In this document: piece after piece, positions 1 through 11,928 of the stretch | How positions within the stretch are numbered: position 1 is the first letter of the stretch | How the letters are laid out: each line of letters begins with the position of its first letter | Assembly: GCF_003334385.1 (NCBI RefSeq) | Contig: NZ_QOWN01000010.1 | From: Escherichia coli | GTDB lineage: Bacteria; Pseudomonadota; Gammaproteobacteria; Enterobacterales; Enterobacteriaceae | Reading direction: 5' to 3' (one strand) | DNA length: 64,000 nucleotides | Notes under the pieces: model-generated | What the model was told of the DNA's origin: nothing | Seen by the model: the letters and a program-made list of their open reading frames with translations, nothing else | Databases searched by the model: none | Program-made: the position numbers and the translations under genes

Positions 1-1
1 A

Positions 2-64
2 ACGCGAGGCATCGTCTTAACGAGGCACCGAGGCGTCGCATTCTTCAGATGGTTCAACCCTTAA
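2..64 (+). CDS. Possible 3' end of an upstream gene entering the window (partial; dmsC expected here by K-12 synteny)
   Basis: Frame 2 is open from the window edge to TAA at 62-64 (…GIVLTRHRGVAFFRWFNP*); identity not verifiable from 21 codons. Confidence 0.25.
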   Translation, partial: TRGIVLTRHRGVAFFRWFNP

Positions 65-98
65 GTTAGCGCTTATGGGTTTCGGCCCCGGTTCTCTT

Positions 99-725
99 TT
101 ATTTCTGCTTCGTTAACGTGTCATAACTGGTCATCAAATTACGATAATCAGGAATGTGGTTAGAGAACAACGTCGCCAGTCCTTCAATATCATTACGCCA
201 GTCGCGATGCAGCTCGCACGCCACGCCGAACCATGTCATCAATTGCGCACCAGCTTGCGACAAGCGATCCCATGCCGAATGCCGGGTAATTTCATTAAAG
301 GTCCCTGACGCGTCAGTCACGACAAAGACGTCAAACCCTTCTTCAATGGCTGAAAGCGCCGGGAATGCCACGCAAACTTCGGTTACCACACCGGCAATAA
401 TTAACTGTTTTTTACCTGTCGCTTTGACAGCTTTTACAAAATCTTCGTTATCCCAGGCGTTAATATTTCCCGGGCGAGCAATGTAAGGTGTATCGGGGAA
501 TTGTGCTTTCAGTTCTGGAACTAATGGGCCGTTAGGACCGGTTTCAAAACTGGTGGTAAGAATAGTTGGTAAGTTGAAATACTTAGCCAGGTCACCCAGC
601 GCCAGCACGTTATTTTTAAACTTATCGGGTTCGATATCCCGTACAAGGGAAAGTAAACCAGCCTGGTGATCAACAAGCAAAACGGCAGCATCATTTTTAT
701 CAAGACGAACATACGGTTTGGTCAT
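99..725 (-). CDS. ycaC: Isochorismatase-family hydrolase YcaC
   Basis: 208-aa ORF; cysteine-hydrolase fold motifs (LLVDHQ, VTEVCVAFP); synteny. Confidence 0.9.
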   Translation of the reverse strand: MTKPYVRLDKNDAAVLLVDHQAGLLSLVRDIEPDKFKNNVLALGDLAKYFNLPTILTTSFETGPNGPLVPELKAQFPDTPYIARPGNINAWDNEDFVKAVKATGKKQLIIAGVVTEVCVAFPALSAIEEGFDVFVVTDASGTFNEITRHSAWDRLSQAGAQLMTWFGVACELHRDWRNDIEGLATLFSNHIPDYRNLMTSYDTLTKQK

Positions 726-1038
726 CCTCTTCTCCTTTCGAGAGTCAGTGGTACGTCTGAAATCGATCAGACGCGATGCATTGCTCTGAAAGCATAGACG
801 GGAAATATGAGTTTGCTGTGACCATGAAATTTTTCGACTGAACGAAGCGTATGAAATTTGTGTTAGTTCAATAAAAACAATCAGATGAGACTAATCATCT
901 CTTCAGCATTAGCGTTATGAATGAGTAATATAAATCGATAATACCGCCGCTGGGATATCGCGTATTTTCACCCATTGACAATGTTTTTGGCGGTGGCATG
1001 ATGCGCATGAAATTTGAACTTCCTCACGGTTTTAATTC

Positions 1039-2187
1039 ATGTCCACGTATACCCAGCCTGTCATGCTTTTGCTGTCTGGCCTGCTTTTGTTGACTCTGGC
1101 GATTGCGGTGTTAAATACACTCGTGCCGCTTTGGCTCGCCCAGGAACACATGTCCACATGGCAGGTAGGCGTTGTCAGCTCATCCTATTTTACCGGCAAC
1201 CTTGTCGGTACATTGCTGACAGGGTATGTCATTAAGCGCATTGGCTTTAACCGCAGCTATTATCTGGCCTCCTTCATTTTTGCCGCTGGCTGTGCCGGCC
1301 TTGGCCTGATGATTGGATTCTGGAGCTGGTTGGCTTGGCGTTTTGTCGCGGGCGTCGGCTGTGCCATGATTTGGGTGGTTGTTGAGAGCGCGCTGATGTG
1401 CAGTGGGACGTCACGTAACCGTGGGCGTTTGCTTGCTGCGTATATGATGGTTTATTACGTGGGAACGTTTTTAGGCCAGTTACTGGTCAGCAAAGTTTCA
1501 ACCGAGCTGATGTCCGTATTGCCGTGGGTTACAGGTTTGACGTTGGCAGGGATCTTACCGCTGTTGTTTACGCGTGTGCTGAATCAGCAGGCTGAAAACC
1601 ATGATTCGACGTCAATTACGTCAATGCTAAAACTCCGTCAGGCGCGGCTTGGCGTGAATGGCTGCATTATCTCAGGAATCGTTCTGGGATCTCTATATGG
1701 CCTGATGCCGCTGTACCTCAATCACAAAGGGGTGAGCAATGCCAGCATTGGTTTCTGGATGGCGGTACTGGTCAGTGCGGGTATCCTTGGACAATGGCCG
1801 ATTGGACGTCTGGCGGATAAGTTTGGTCGACTGCTGGTGTTGCGTGTTCAGGTCTTTGTCGTCATTCTCGGCAGTATCGCGATGCTTAGCCAGGCGGCGA
1901 TGGCCCCAGCGTTATTCATCCTCGGTGCCGCTGGCTTTACGCTATATCCGGTGGCGATGGCATGGGCTTGCGAGAAAGTTGAACATCATCAACTGGTGGC
2001 GATGAACCAGGCCTTACTGTTGAGCTATACTGTGGGAAGTCTGCTTGGCCCGTCATTTACCGCTATGCTAATGCAGAATTTCTCCGATAATTTATTGTTT
2101 ATCATGATCGCCAGCGTATCGTTTATCTATTTGCTGATGCTGCTGCGCAACGCCGGTCATACGCCGAAACCCGTTGCTCACGTGTAA
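1039..2187 (+). CDS. ycaD: MFS-family transporter
   Basis: 382-aa highly hydrophobic ORF with multi-TM profile; synteny. Confidence 0.9.
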   Translation: MSTYTQPVMLLLSGLLLLTLAIAVLNTLVPLWLAQEHMSTWQVGVVSSSYFTGNLVGTLLTGYVIKRIGFNRSYYLASFIFAAGCAGLGLMIGFWSWLAWRFVAGVGCAMIWVVVESALMCSGTSRNRGRLLAAYMMVYYVGTFLGQLLVSKVSTELMSVLPWVTGLTLAGILPLLFTRVLNQQAENHDSTSITSMLKLRQARLGVNGCIISGIVLGSLYGLMPLYLNHKGVSNASIGFWMAVLVSAGILGQWPIGRLADKFGRLLVLRVQVFVVILGSIAMLSQAAMAPALFILGAAGFTLYPVAMAWACEKVEHHQLVAMNQALLLSYTVGSLLGPSFTAMLMQNFSDNLLFIMIASVSFIYLLMLLRNAGHTPKPVAHV

Positions 2188-2396
2188 ATGAATTCAAGCA
2201 GAGTGTGAACTTACTGTTTCACACTCTGCTTTTTTGTTTCTTCTATCTGACTTGCTTTATTCCAAATTTTATTCGTTTAAAAATAAAATGTGCAGCAGGT
2301 TATAATTTTGCATTTCGCTATTTCCGCACTTCTTATTTGCCGCGCATAATCCCTCGTTTTACAGATGCCCCTTTAATTTTGGCGAAGGATTTGTCT

Positions 2397-3827
2397 ATGG
2401 CTGGGAATGTTCAGGAAAAACAGTTGCGATGGTACAACATTGCGCTGATGTCTTTTATCACTGTCTGGGGTTTTGGCAACGTTGTTAATAACTATGCCAA
2501 CCAGGGGCTGGTGGTTGTTTTTTCATGGGTGTTTATCTTTGCACTCTATTTCACACCTTATGCGCTAATTGTTGGTCAGTTAGGCTCGACCTTCAAAGAT
2601 GGGAAGGGCGGGGTCAGTACCTGGATTAAACACACGATGGGACCCGGACTGGCTTATCTCGCCGCGTGGACCTACTGGGTGGTGCATATTCCCTATCTGG
2701 CACAAAAACCCCAGGCAATTCTGATTGCGCTCGGTTGGGCGATGAAAGGCGACGGTTCGCTAATCAAAGAATATTCAGTCGTAGCGTTACAGGGGTTAAC
2801 GCTGGTGCTGTTTATCTTCTTTATGTGGGTTGCTTCACGCGGTATGAAATCGCTGAAAATCGTCGGTTCTGTGGCAGGGATTGCTATGTTTGTTATGTCG
2901 CTCCTGTATGTGGCGATGGCGGTAACCGCGCCTGCAATTACTGAAGTGCATATTGCGACCACAAACATTACCTGGGAAACGTTCATTCCTCATATCGACT
3001 TTACCTACATTACCACTATTTCAATGCTGGTTTTCGCGGTTGGCGGAGCAGAGAAGATTTCTCCTTACGTTAATCAAACGCGCAACCCAGGAAAAGAATT
3101 TCCAAAAGGGATGTTATGCCTGGCGGTGATGGTTGCGGTTTGTGCCATTCTGGGCTCGCTGGCGATGGGGATGATGTTTGATTCGCGTAATATCCCGGAT
3201 GACTTAATGACCAACGGTCAGTATTACGCCTTTCAGAAGCTGGGCGAGTATTACAACATGGGTAATACTTTAATGGTGATTTACGCCATTGCGAATACCC
3301 TGGGACAAGTAGCGGCGCTGGTATTCTCGATTGATGCCCCGCTTAAAGTGCTATTAGGTGATGCTGACAGCAAATATATTCCAGCCAGTTTATGTCGTAC
3401 CAACGCTTCTGGTACGCCCGTTAATGGCTATTTTCTGACCCTGGTACTGGTGGCGATTCTGATTATGCTGCCGACTCTCGGCATTGGTGATATGAACAAT
3501 CTCTATAAATGGCTGTTGAACCTTAATTCGGTAGTGATGCCGCTGCGTTATTTATGGGTATTTGTTGCATTTATTGCAGTCGTTCGCTTGGCGCAGAAAT
3601 ATAAACCAGAATATGTCTTTATTCGTAATAAGCCTCTGGCAATGACCGTCGGGATTTGGTGTTTTGCCTTTACCGCCTTTGCCTGTTTGACGGGGATCTT
3701 CCCGAAAATGGAAGCCTTCACTGCAGAGTGGACCTTCCAGTTGGCGCTGAATGTTGCAACGCCGTTTGTGCTGGTAGGATTAGGACTGATATTCCCGCTG
3801 CTGGCGCGTAAAGCGAATAGTAAATAA
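2397..3827 (+). CDS. ycaM: Putative APC-family inner-membrane transporter
   Basis: ORF track gives 540 aa from 2205; internal ATG at 2397 (MAGNVQEK…) gives the expected 476-aa product; hydrophobic. Confidence 0.85.
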   Translation: MAGNVQEKQLRWYNIALMSFITVWGFGNVVNNYANQGLVVVFSWVFIFALYFTPYALIVGQLGSTFKDGKGGVSTWIKHTMGPGLAYLAAWTYWVVHIPYLAQKPQAILIALGWAMKGDGSLIKEYSVVALQGLTLVLFIFFMWVASRGMKSLKIVGSVAGIAMFVMSLLYVAMAVTAPAITEVHIATTNITWETFIPHIDFTYITTISMLVFAVGGAEKISPYVNQTRNPGKEFPKGMLCLAVMVAVCAILGSLAMGMMFDSRNIPDDLMTNGQYYAFQKLGEYYNMGNTLMVIYAIANTLGQVAALVFSIDAPLKVLLGDADSKYIPASLCRTNASGTPVNGYFLTLVLVAILIMLPTLGIGDMNNLYKWLLNLNSVVMPLRYLWVFVAFIAVVRLAQKYKPEYVFIRNKPLAMTVGIWCFAFTAFACLTGIFPKMEAFTAEWTFQLALNVATPFVLVGLGLIFPLLARKANSK

Positions 3828-4736
3828 TTATTGTGGTCGGTGACGCTGACTCTGGCAGATCTGACCCGTTTTTACATAATCGAGAAATGCGCGCAAGCCG
3901 CAGGACATATACTGGCGGTTTGGATAATAGATCTGGAAGCCTGGACGCTCTGTGCTCCAGTCTTCCAGTACACATTCTAAACGACCAGTATCAAGGTACT
4001 CCTTGATCTGTTCATAGAGCAGATACCCGATACCAGCACCCATCAAAACGGCCTCCAGTTCAGCATCAACATCATCCAGAATGATATTTCCTGCGACAGC
4101 AATTTCCAGCTCCTTTGCAAATTGCCAGTGGAAAGGTTTGCCGCTGGGATAACGAAAAACAACACATTGATGATTAAGCAGATCATGAGGATGGCGGGGT
4201 TTGCCATATCTTGCAAAGTACTCTGGCGTTGCTGCTACACATAATTTCACTGGCGGGCCGATCGCCACGCTGATCATATCTTTTTCGACGATGCAACTAA
4301 GTCGAACGCCAGCGTCAAAGCCCTGTTGGACGATATCGACAAGAGAGTCGTCAGTTGTGAGCTCGACTTTAATATCAGGATATTCACGTGTGAAACCAAC
4401 CAGTAAAGACATTAAAAATATACGTGCAGCTACCCGGGCGGCATTGATTTTGAGCGTTCCTGTCGGTGTCAGACGAAAATCATTCATCTCATCTAACATG
4501 ATCTGAATTTCGTCGAAAGCTGGGCGCAATCGTTCATAGAGATTAGAACCCGCTTCCGTTAACGATACGCTTCGGGTTGTCCGATTGAATAAGCGAATTT
4601 TAAGACGTTGTTCCAGTGTTTTAATACTATGGCTAATGGCGGACGAGGATAAGCCTAACTCATCGCCCGCTGCACGAAAGCTTTGATTACGGGCCACGGC
4701 AAAGAAAGTGGCAAAGTCAGACATATTCATCCGCAT
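3828..4736 (-). CDS. ycaN: LysR-family transcriptional regulator
   Basis: 302 aa; N-terminal LysR HTH (FRAAGDELGLSSSAISHSIKTLEQRL); divergent from ycaK. Confidence 0.9.
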   Translation of the reverse strand: MRMNMSDFATFFAVARNQSFRAAGDELGLSSSAISHSIKTLEQRLKIRLFNRTTRSVSLTEAGSNLYERLRPAFDEIQIMLDEMNDFRLTPTGTLKINAARVAARIFLMSLLVGFTREYPDIKVELTTDDSLVDIVQQGFDAGVRLSCIVEKDMISVAIGPPVKLCVAATPEYFARYGKPRHPHDLLNHQCVVFRYPSGKPFHWQFAKELEIAVAGNIILDDVDAELEAVLMGAGIGYLLYEQIKEYLDTGRLECVLEDWSTERPGFQIYYPNRQYMSCGLRAFLDYVKTGQICQSQRHRPQ

Positions 4737-4835
4737 TAGTGAAAATCCTTCATTAACTCATCCTGAATCATCACGTTTACAGGATTATGCCGCCTGCGTA
4801 AAGTGCGCTCCAGAACTTAACGTGGAGGTAAAATT

Positions 4836-5426
4836 ATGCAGTCTGAACGTATTTATTTGGTATGGGCCCATCCTCGTCATGATTCATTGACCGCACATAT
4901 TGCTGATGCGATCCATCAGCGGGCAATGGAGCGGAAAATACAGGTGACGGAACTCGATTTATATCGGCGTAATTTCAACCCAGTGATGACGCCGGAAGAT
5001 GAACCAGACTGGAAGAATATGGATAAACGTTATTCTCCAGAGGTTCATCAGCTTTATTCAGAGCTGCTTGAACATGACACGTTAGTGGTGGTTTTTCCTC
5101 TCTGGTGGTACAGCTTCCCGGCAATGCTAAAAGGATATATTGACAGAGTATGGAATAATGGGCTGGCTTATGGAGATGGGCACAAATTACCATTCAATAA
5201 AGTTCGTTGGGTGGCGCTGGTTGGAGGAGACAAAGAATCATTTGTCCAGATGGGCTGGGAAAAAAATATAAGCGATTATTTAAAAAATATGTGCAGTTAT
5301 CTTGGTATTGAAGATGCCGATGTCACTTTCTTGTGTAATACAGTGGTATTCGATGGGGAAGAACTTCACGCGAGCTATTATCAGTCGTTATTATCTCAGG
5401 TACGGGATATGGTAGATGCACTATAA
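4836..5426 (+). CDS. ycaK: Flavodoxin-like NAD(P)H dehydrogenase (quinone) family protein (KefF/MdaB-like)
   Basis: 196-aa ORF with flavodoxin-like fold signature (VWAHPRHDS, FPLWWYSFPAMLKGYIDRV). Confidence 0.85.
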   Translation: MQSERIYLVWAHPRHDSLTAHIADAIHQRAMERKIQVTELDLYRRNFNPVMTPEDEPDWKNMDKRYSPEVHQLYSELLEHDTLVVVFPLWWYSFPAMLKGYIDRVWNNGLAYGDGHKLPFNKVRWVALVGGDKESFVQMGWEKNISDYLKNMCSYLGIEDADVTFLCNTVVFDGEELHASYYQSLLSQVRDMVDAL

Positions 5427-5469
5427 GATGTGTTAAAAACGCTGTAGCAGAATGAAGCGCGGAATAAAA

Positions 5470-5497
5470 AAGCGGCAACTCAATAAAGTTGCCGCTT
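5470..5497. terminator. Bidirectional terminator between convergent ycaK and pflA
   Basis: A-run, AAGCGGCAACT-caataa-AGTTGCCGCTT, then T-run. Confidence 0.65.
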
Positions 5498-5507
5498 TAC
5501 GGGGAAA

Positions 5508-6248
5508 TTAGAACATTACCTTATGACCGTACTGCTCAAGAATGCCTTTCACGCGTTCCATGGTCTCTTTCTTCGGTGGTTTAACACCGTCGAGTTTGTA
5601 CTCTTCACCCATTGCCACCCATTTGTGTTTGCCCAGCTCGTGGTAGGGGAGAAGCTCGATTTTCTCAACGTTGCCCATATCACGGGTAAATTCACCGAGG
5701 CGATGCGCTGAATCGTCATCGTCAGACCAGCCTGGGACAACAACGTAGCGGATCCACACCTTCACATTTTTGTTCGCCAGATATTTAGCGAACTCCAGCG
5801 TGCGGTGGTTGGAAACTCCAACCAGATTTTGGTGGATCTCGTCGTTCATCTGTTTGAGATCGAGCATTACCAGGTCGGTTACTTCCAGCAGTTCATCAAT
5901 CACCGGATCGTAACGACGAACAAAACCGTTGGTGTCCAGACAGGTATGAATGCCTTCTTTTTTGCAGGCGCGGAACCAGTCACGAACAAACTCAGCTTGC
6001 AGGATTGCTTCACCGCCGGATGCGGTAACGCCGCCGCCGGAAGCGTTCATAAAGTGGCGATAGGTCACCACTTCCTTCATCAAATCTTCAACGGTAACTT
6101 CTTTACCGCCATGCGTGTCCCAGGTGTCGCGGTTATGACAATACAGGCAGCGCATCAGGCAGCCCTGGAAAAAGGTGATAAAGCGAATACCTGGGCCGTC
6201 TACGGTTCCACAGGATTCAAAGGAGTGAATGCGACCAATAACTGACAT
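5508..6248 (-). CDS. pflA: Pyruvate formate-lyase activating enzyme (radical SAM)
   Basis: CxxxCxxC radical-SAM motif ([10 protein letters not shown]); start taken at [10 protein letters not shown] (246 aa) rather than the ORF-track extension. Confidence 0.95.
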   Translation of the reverse strand: MSVIGRIHSFESCGTVDGPGIRFITFFQGCLMRCLYCHNRDTWDTHGGKEVTVEDLMKEVVTYRHFMNASGGGVTASGGEAILQAEFVRDWFRACKKEGIHTCLDTNGFVRRYDPVIDELLEVTDLVMLDLKQMNDEIHQNLVGVSNHRTLEFAKYLANKNVKVWIRYVVVPGWSDDDDSAHRLGEFTRDMGNVEKIELLPYHELGKHKWVAMGEEYKLDGVKPPKKETMERVKGILEQYGHKVMF

Positions 6249-6371
6249 TGCGGTGTTTCTCCAGATGTGGCCCATCTGAGGCCGTGTTGGTGCGCAGCTC
6301 GAAGGCTACGTCGAGTCTGTTTTGGCAGTCACCTTAAAGTATAGATAGCTGACAAAAAAGGCTCTCGCGCT

Positions 6372-6397
6372 AAAAAAGGCCCCACTTTCGTGGAGCC
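6372..6397 (-). terminator. pflB intrinsic terminator
   Basis: Minus strand reads GGCTCCAC-gaaa-GTGGGGCC followed by UUUUUU (plus-strand A6 at 6372-6377). Confidence 0.65.
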
Positions 6398-6439
6398 TTT
6401 ATTGTACGCTTTTTACTGTACGATTTCAGTCAAATCTAA

Positions 6440-8722
<2,283 letters not shown>

Positions 8723-8776
8723 GTAACACCTACCTTCTTAAGTGGATTTTTTATTTACTGCGTACTTCGACAACCA

Positions 8777-9634
8777 TTAATGGTGGTCGTTTTCACGCAG
8801 GTAAATGACCCAGTATGTCAACCCAACCAACAAACCACCACCGATAATGTTGCCGATCGTAACCGGAATCAGGTTATCAGTGATGAAATTCATCACGGTC
8901 AGGTGAGAAAAATTTTCCGGTGCAGAACCGACTGCGGTCCAAAATTCCGGGGATGCGAAGTCGCGGATTACAATACCCATCGGGATCATAAACATGTTTG
9001 CGATACTGTGCTCAAAACCGCTGGCAACAAACATCGCGACCGGCAGCACCATAATGAACGCTTTGTCCATCAGGCTGCGGCCAGAATAACTCATCCATAC
9101 TGCCAGACATACCATCAGGTTTGCCAGGATACCAAGACAGACGGCCTCAATAAAAGTATGGTGCACTTTGTGGTCGGCGGTTTGTAGGACGTTTAGTCCC
9201 CATTGACCATTTGCGGTCATATACTCGCCGGAAAGCCACATTAAAAGTACAAACAGCAGTGCGCCGACCAGGTTGCCAAAATAGACATTTAGCCAGTTTT
9301 TCGCCAACTGACCCCAGGTGATGCGCCCACTCGCCTTAGCAACAACAATCAACACGGTGGAAGTAAAGAGATCGGCTCCGCAGACAACACAAAGAATCAG
9401 CCCCAGAGAGAAGCAAATGCCGCCAACCAGTTTTGCCATGCCGAAGGGCATTGTGCCTGTGCCAGTGGTTGCTGTGATATAGAAGACGAATGCGATTGAG
9501 ATGAAAACACCGGCGGTAATCGCCAGATAGAAAGTCTTAAGCGGATGTTTCGTTGCTTTATAGACACCCGCCTCTTCGGCCACTTTGGCCATTGCAGCAG
9601 GAAGTAAAAGATCAAAAGGGTTGTCAGCTTTCAC
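8777..9634 (-). CDS. focA: Formate channel FocA (FNT family)
   Basis: Hydrophobic FNT-family ORF; 285-aa product if initiated at GTG (plus-strand CAC 9632-9634) giving (M)KADNPFDLL…; ORF-track extension to 9808 lies in the promoter region. Confidence 0.9.
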   Translation of the reverse strand: MKADNPFDLLLPAAMAKVAEEAGVYKATKHPLKTFYLAITAGVFISIAFVFYITATTGTGTMPFGMAKLVGGICFSLGLILCVVCGADLFTSTVLIVVAKASGRITWGQLAKNWLNVYFGNLVGALLFVLLMWLSGEYMTANGQWGLNVLQTADHKVHHTFIEAVCLGILANLMVCLAVWMSYSGRSLMDKAFIMVLPVAMFVASGFEHSIANMFMIPMGIVIRDFASPEFWTAVGSAPENFSHLTVMNFITDNLIPVTIGNIIGGGLLVGLTYWVIYLRENDHH

Positions 9635-10038
9635 ACTAACTCTCTCTTTATTAAGTCGGCGACGAGATACTAACAAAGCATTATAGATGAGAAATTGATA
9701 TAGATCATATCTCGCCTGGCTTATAGGCCCGTAACTCGCATGGTTTTTATGCAAATACGGAGTAAATATTTGATTATCCAAATAAAAATAAATTTTAAAA
9801 ATTAACAAATGAGTTGAATTTTTTCCGCATCCTCCGCTAAAACAGTTACTTAAAAGGGAGCATCAGGCGAATAAAGTAACAATATCGATCGTATTTATTA
9901 AATACAAATTACCGATATTTAACCTTATAATTACAATTATTTTATTAATGCAAATATATGTAAAGCGGGGCATTAAAAAACGCCCCGTAATATAACTCAG
10001 ACTAATCATTAAGCCTACATTGCGTAGGCTATTTGATT
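9635..10038 (-). promoter_or_regulatory. focA-pflB multi-promoter regulatory region (AT-rich, ~400 bp)
   Basis: Long AT-rich non-coding interval upstream of focA; the pfl operon is known to be driven by multiple FNR/ArcA/IHF-dependent promoters. Confidence 0.6.
9695..9708 (-). promoter_or_regulatory. FNR-type site (TTGAT-N4-ATCAt)
   Basis: Plus strand TTGATatagATCAT at 9695-9708 matches the FNR consensus with one mismatch; lies upstream of focA. Confidence 0.5.
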
Positions 10039-11799
10039 TTATTTTGCCCAGAATGCTGCTTTGGCGCGCTGCAGCTTTTCGTAGGCCTTCAACAACGACT
10101 GATGTGCAGCAAACGCGTGCAGATCGCTATCTACCGGTTGCAGGCCGTAAAACGCCGCTTCGCCGCTCATTGCCGCACTGGCGGCTTCTACGGCATCTGC
10201 GCCGTACATGCGAACAAACGCATTCAGATATTGCAGCGGCTGGCGATCTTCTTCCTGTGCCAGTAATAACAACGTTTGCAGGCAGCGATAATAGTTGGCG
10301 CGTTCCGGACTAAATACTGATGAGTTAAACTCCATCGTCCATTCGGTCCAGACCAGAGCCTGTTCCAGATCGCCACCAGCCAGCGCCAGCATGGCTTTTA
10401 ATTCACCGATACGCAGGGTGTACCAACCGTTATCCGACCCGGTCGCCAGACCCAACAGCTCACGCACGCGGGTAAAGTCATCAAAACCTTCTTCATCCAG
10501 TTGCTCGATGAGGTTCAGGTAATCTTCTTTTTCCCACTCGCTGCCTGGTAGCGAAAGAATCGTTTCACGTAAATGGCTGCCCATACTGTTATTCGCGAGC
10601 CACAGATCTTCAGCCGGATAAATATCGGACATGCCAGGCACGATAATACGGCAAGCATAAACGCCCAGATGCTCGTAATCGGCAATATAAACTTCTTTAT
10701 CTTCTTTGTTGAAGATAGCCATCAGTGTGGCGAACTCTTCTTCCGTGGTGCCGGAGAAATTCCAGTCCACAAACGGATAATCGGCATCCTGCTTGAACAG
10801 GTCCCAGGAGATTAAACCGCTGGAATCGATAAAGTGCGTTTCGAGGTTGGTATGTTCAGCGACTTCTTCATCATCGAAGGTTGGCGGAGTAAACACATCC
10901 AAATCTTTCAGGCCACGACCTTGCAGCAGCTCGGTCACGGTACGTTCCAGTGCTACGCCAAAATCAGGATGCGCACCGAAAGAGGCAAAGCAGGTACCGT
11001 TAGCAGGATTGAACAGTACCACGCAAATCACCGGATACTGGCCGCCAAGCGAACCGTCATAAGCGAAGATTGGGAAACCCTCCGCTTCCAGCGTTTCGAT
11101 GGCTTCAACTACTGCTGGGTAACGCGCCAGCACGTCTGCCGGGATCTCTGGCAGGCTGATGCTTTCAGCAATAATGCGGTTTTTCACGTAGCGTTCGAAA
11201 ACTTCAGACAATCCCTGAACGCGTGCTTCGTTGCGGGTATTACCTGCGGACATACCGTTGGAGACGTACAGGTTACCAATGATATTCATCGGAATATAAA
11301 CGGTCTGATTGTCGGACTGACGCGTAAACGGCAGGCCGCAAATACCACGATCTTCGTTACCGGATTGTAGGTCAATCAGCATGCTGCCGGTCAGTTCATT
11401 CTCCGGATCATAAAACGCGCGCAGACGGTCATCGAGCAGCCCTTCTGGCACATCGTCATTTTCGGTCAGTGGGAACCATTTTTCGTTGGGATAATGCACG
11501 AACGGACCGTTGGCGATGGTTTCGCCCAGCCAGAAGTCCGCAAAAAAGTAGTTGGTTGAGAGACGCTCGAAATATTCACCGAGTGCAGAAGCCAGCGCCG
11601 CTTTCTTGGTTGCGCCTTTACCGTTGGTAAAACACAGTGCGCACTCTTTGTCGCGAATATGTACAGACCAGACGTTAGGCACGGGATTCAGCCAGGAGGC
11701 CTCTTCAATCTGAAAGCCGAGGTCTGAAAGTTTTTGCTGGAAGCGAGCGATGGAATCTTCCAGAGCGGCATCTTTGCCGGGGATAAATGTTTGCGTCAT
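10039..11799 (-). CDS. ycaO: YcaO-domain protein (ATP-dependent; linked to S12 beta-methylthiolation)
   Basis: 586 aa from MTQTFIPGKDAALEDS…; founding member of the YcaO family; synteny downstream of focA. Confidence 0.9.
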   Translation of the reverse strand: MTQTFIPGKDAALEDSIARFQQKLSDLGFQIEEASWLNPVPNVWSVHIRDKECALCFTNGKGATKKAALASALGEYFERLSTNYFFADFWLGETIANGPFVHYPNEKWFPLTENDDVPEGLLDDRLRAFYDPENELTGSMLIDLQSGNEDRGICGLPFTRQSDNQTVYIPMNIIGNLYVSNGMSAGNTRNEARVQGLSEVFERYVKNRIIAESISLPEIPADVLARYPAVVEAIETLEAEGFPIFAYDGSLGGQYPVICVVLFNPANGTCFASFGAHPDFGVALERTVTELLQGRGLKDLDVFTPPTFDDEEVAEHTNLETHFIDSSGLISWDLFKQDADYPFVDWNFSGTTEEEFATLMAIFNKEDKEVYIADYEHLGVYACRIIVPGMSDIYPAEDLWLANNSMGSHLRETILSLPGSEWEKEDYLNLIEQLDEEGFDDFTRVRELLGLATGSDNGWYTLRIGELKAMLALAGGDLEQALVWTEWTMEFNSSVFSPERANYYRCLQTLLLLAQEEDRQPLQYLNAFVRMYGADAVEAASAAMSGEAAFYGLQPVDSDLHAFAAHQSLLKAYEKLQRAKAAFWAK

Positions 11800-11928
11800 G
11801 AAAATCACTTTAGTCGTACGGAAAGCGCGCAATAATACGGGTTTTATCTCAAAGGCGCTATCACCGCCGCCATGCCGATGAACTGTTGACTATGCTTTTA
11901 GCGGATAAACCACGTTAAGAGCATAAAA

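Noticed and set aside
2205-2396. N-terminal extensions in the ORF track (ycaM from 2205, pflA, focA from 9808, ycaO, ycaL, ycaI from 19409, asnS, pncB, ssuC, ssuA, elfA, ycbV, ycbF, pyrD, zapC)
   Set aside because: The longest-ORF rule overshoots. Internal starts give known protein N-termini, signal peptides (ycaL, ycbV, ycbF) or sit behind recognisable Shine-Dalgarno sequences; the extensions run through promoter or leader DNA.
4708-4890. 60-aa ORF bridging the ycaN-ycaK divergent promoter region
   Set aside because: Overlaps both start codons and the presumed LysR operator; no independent support.
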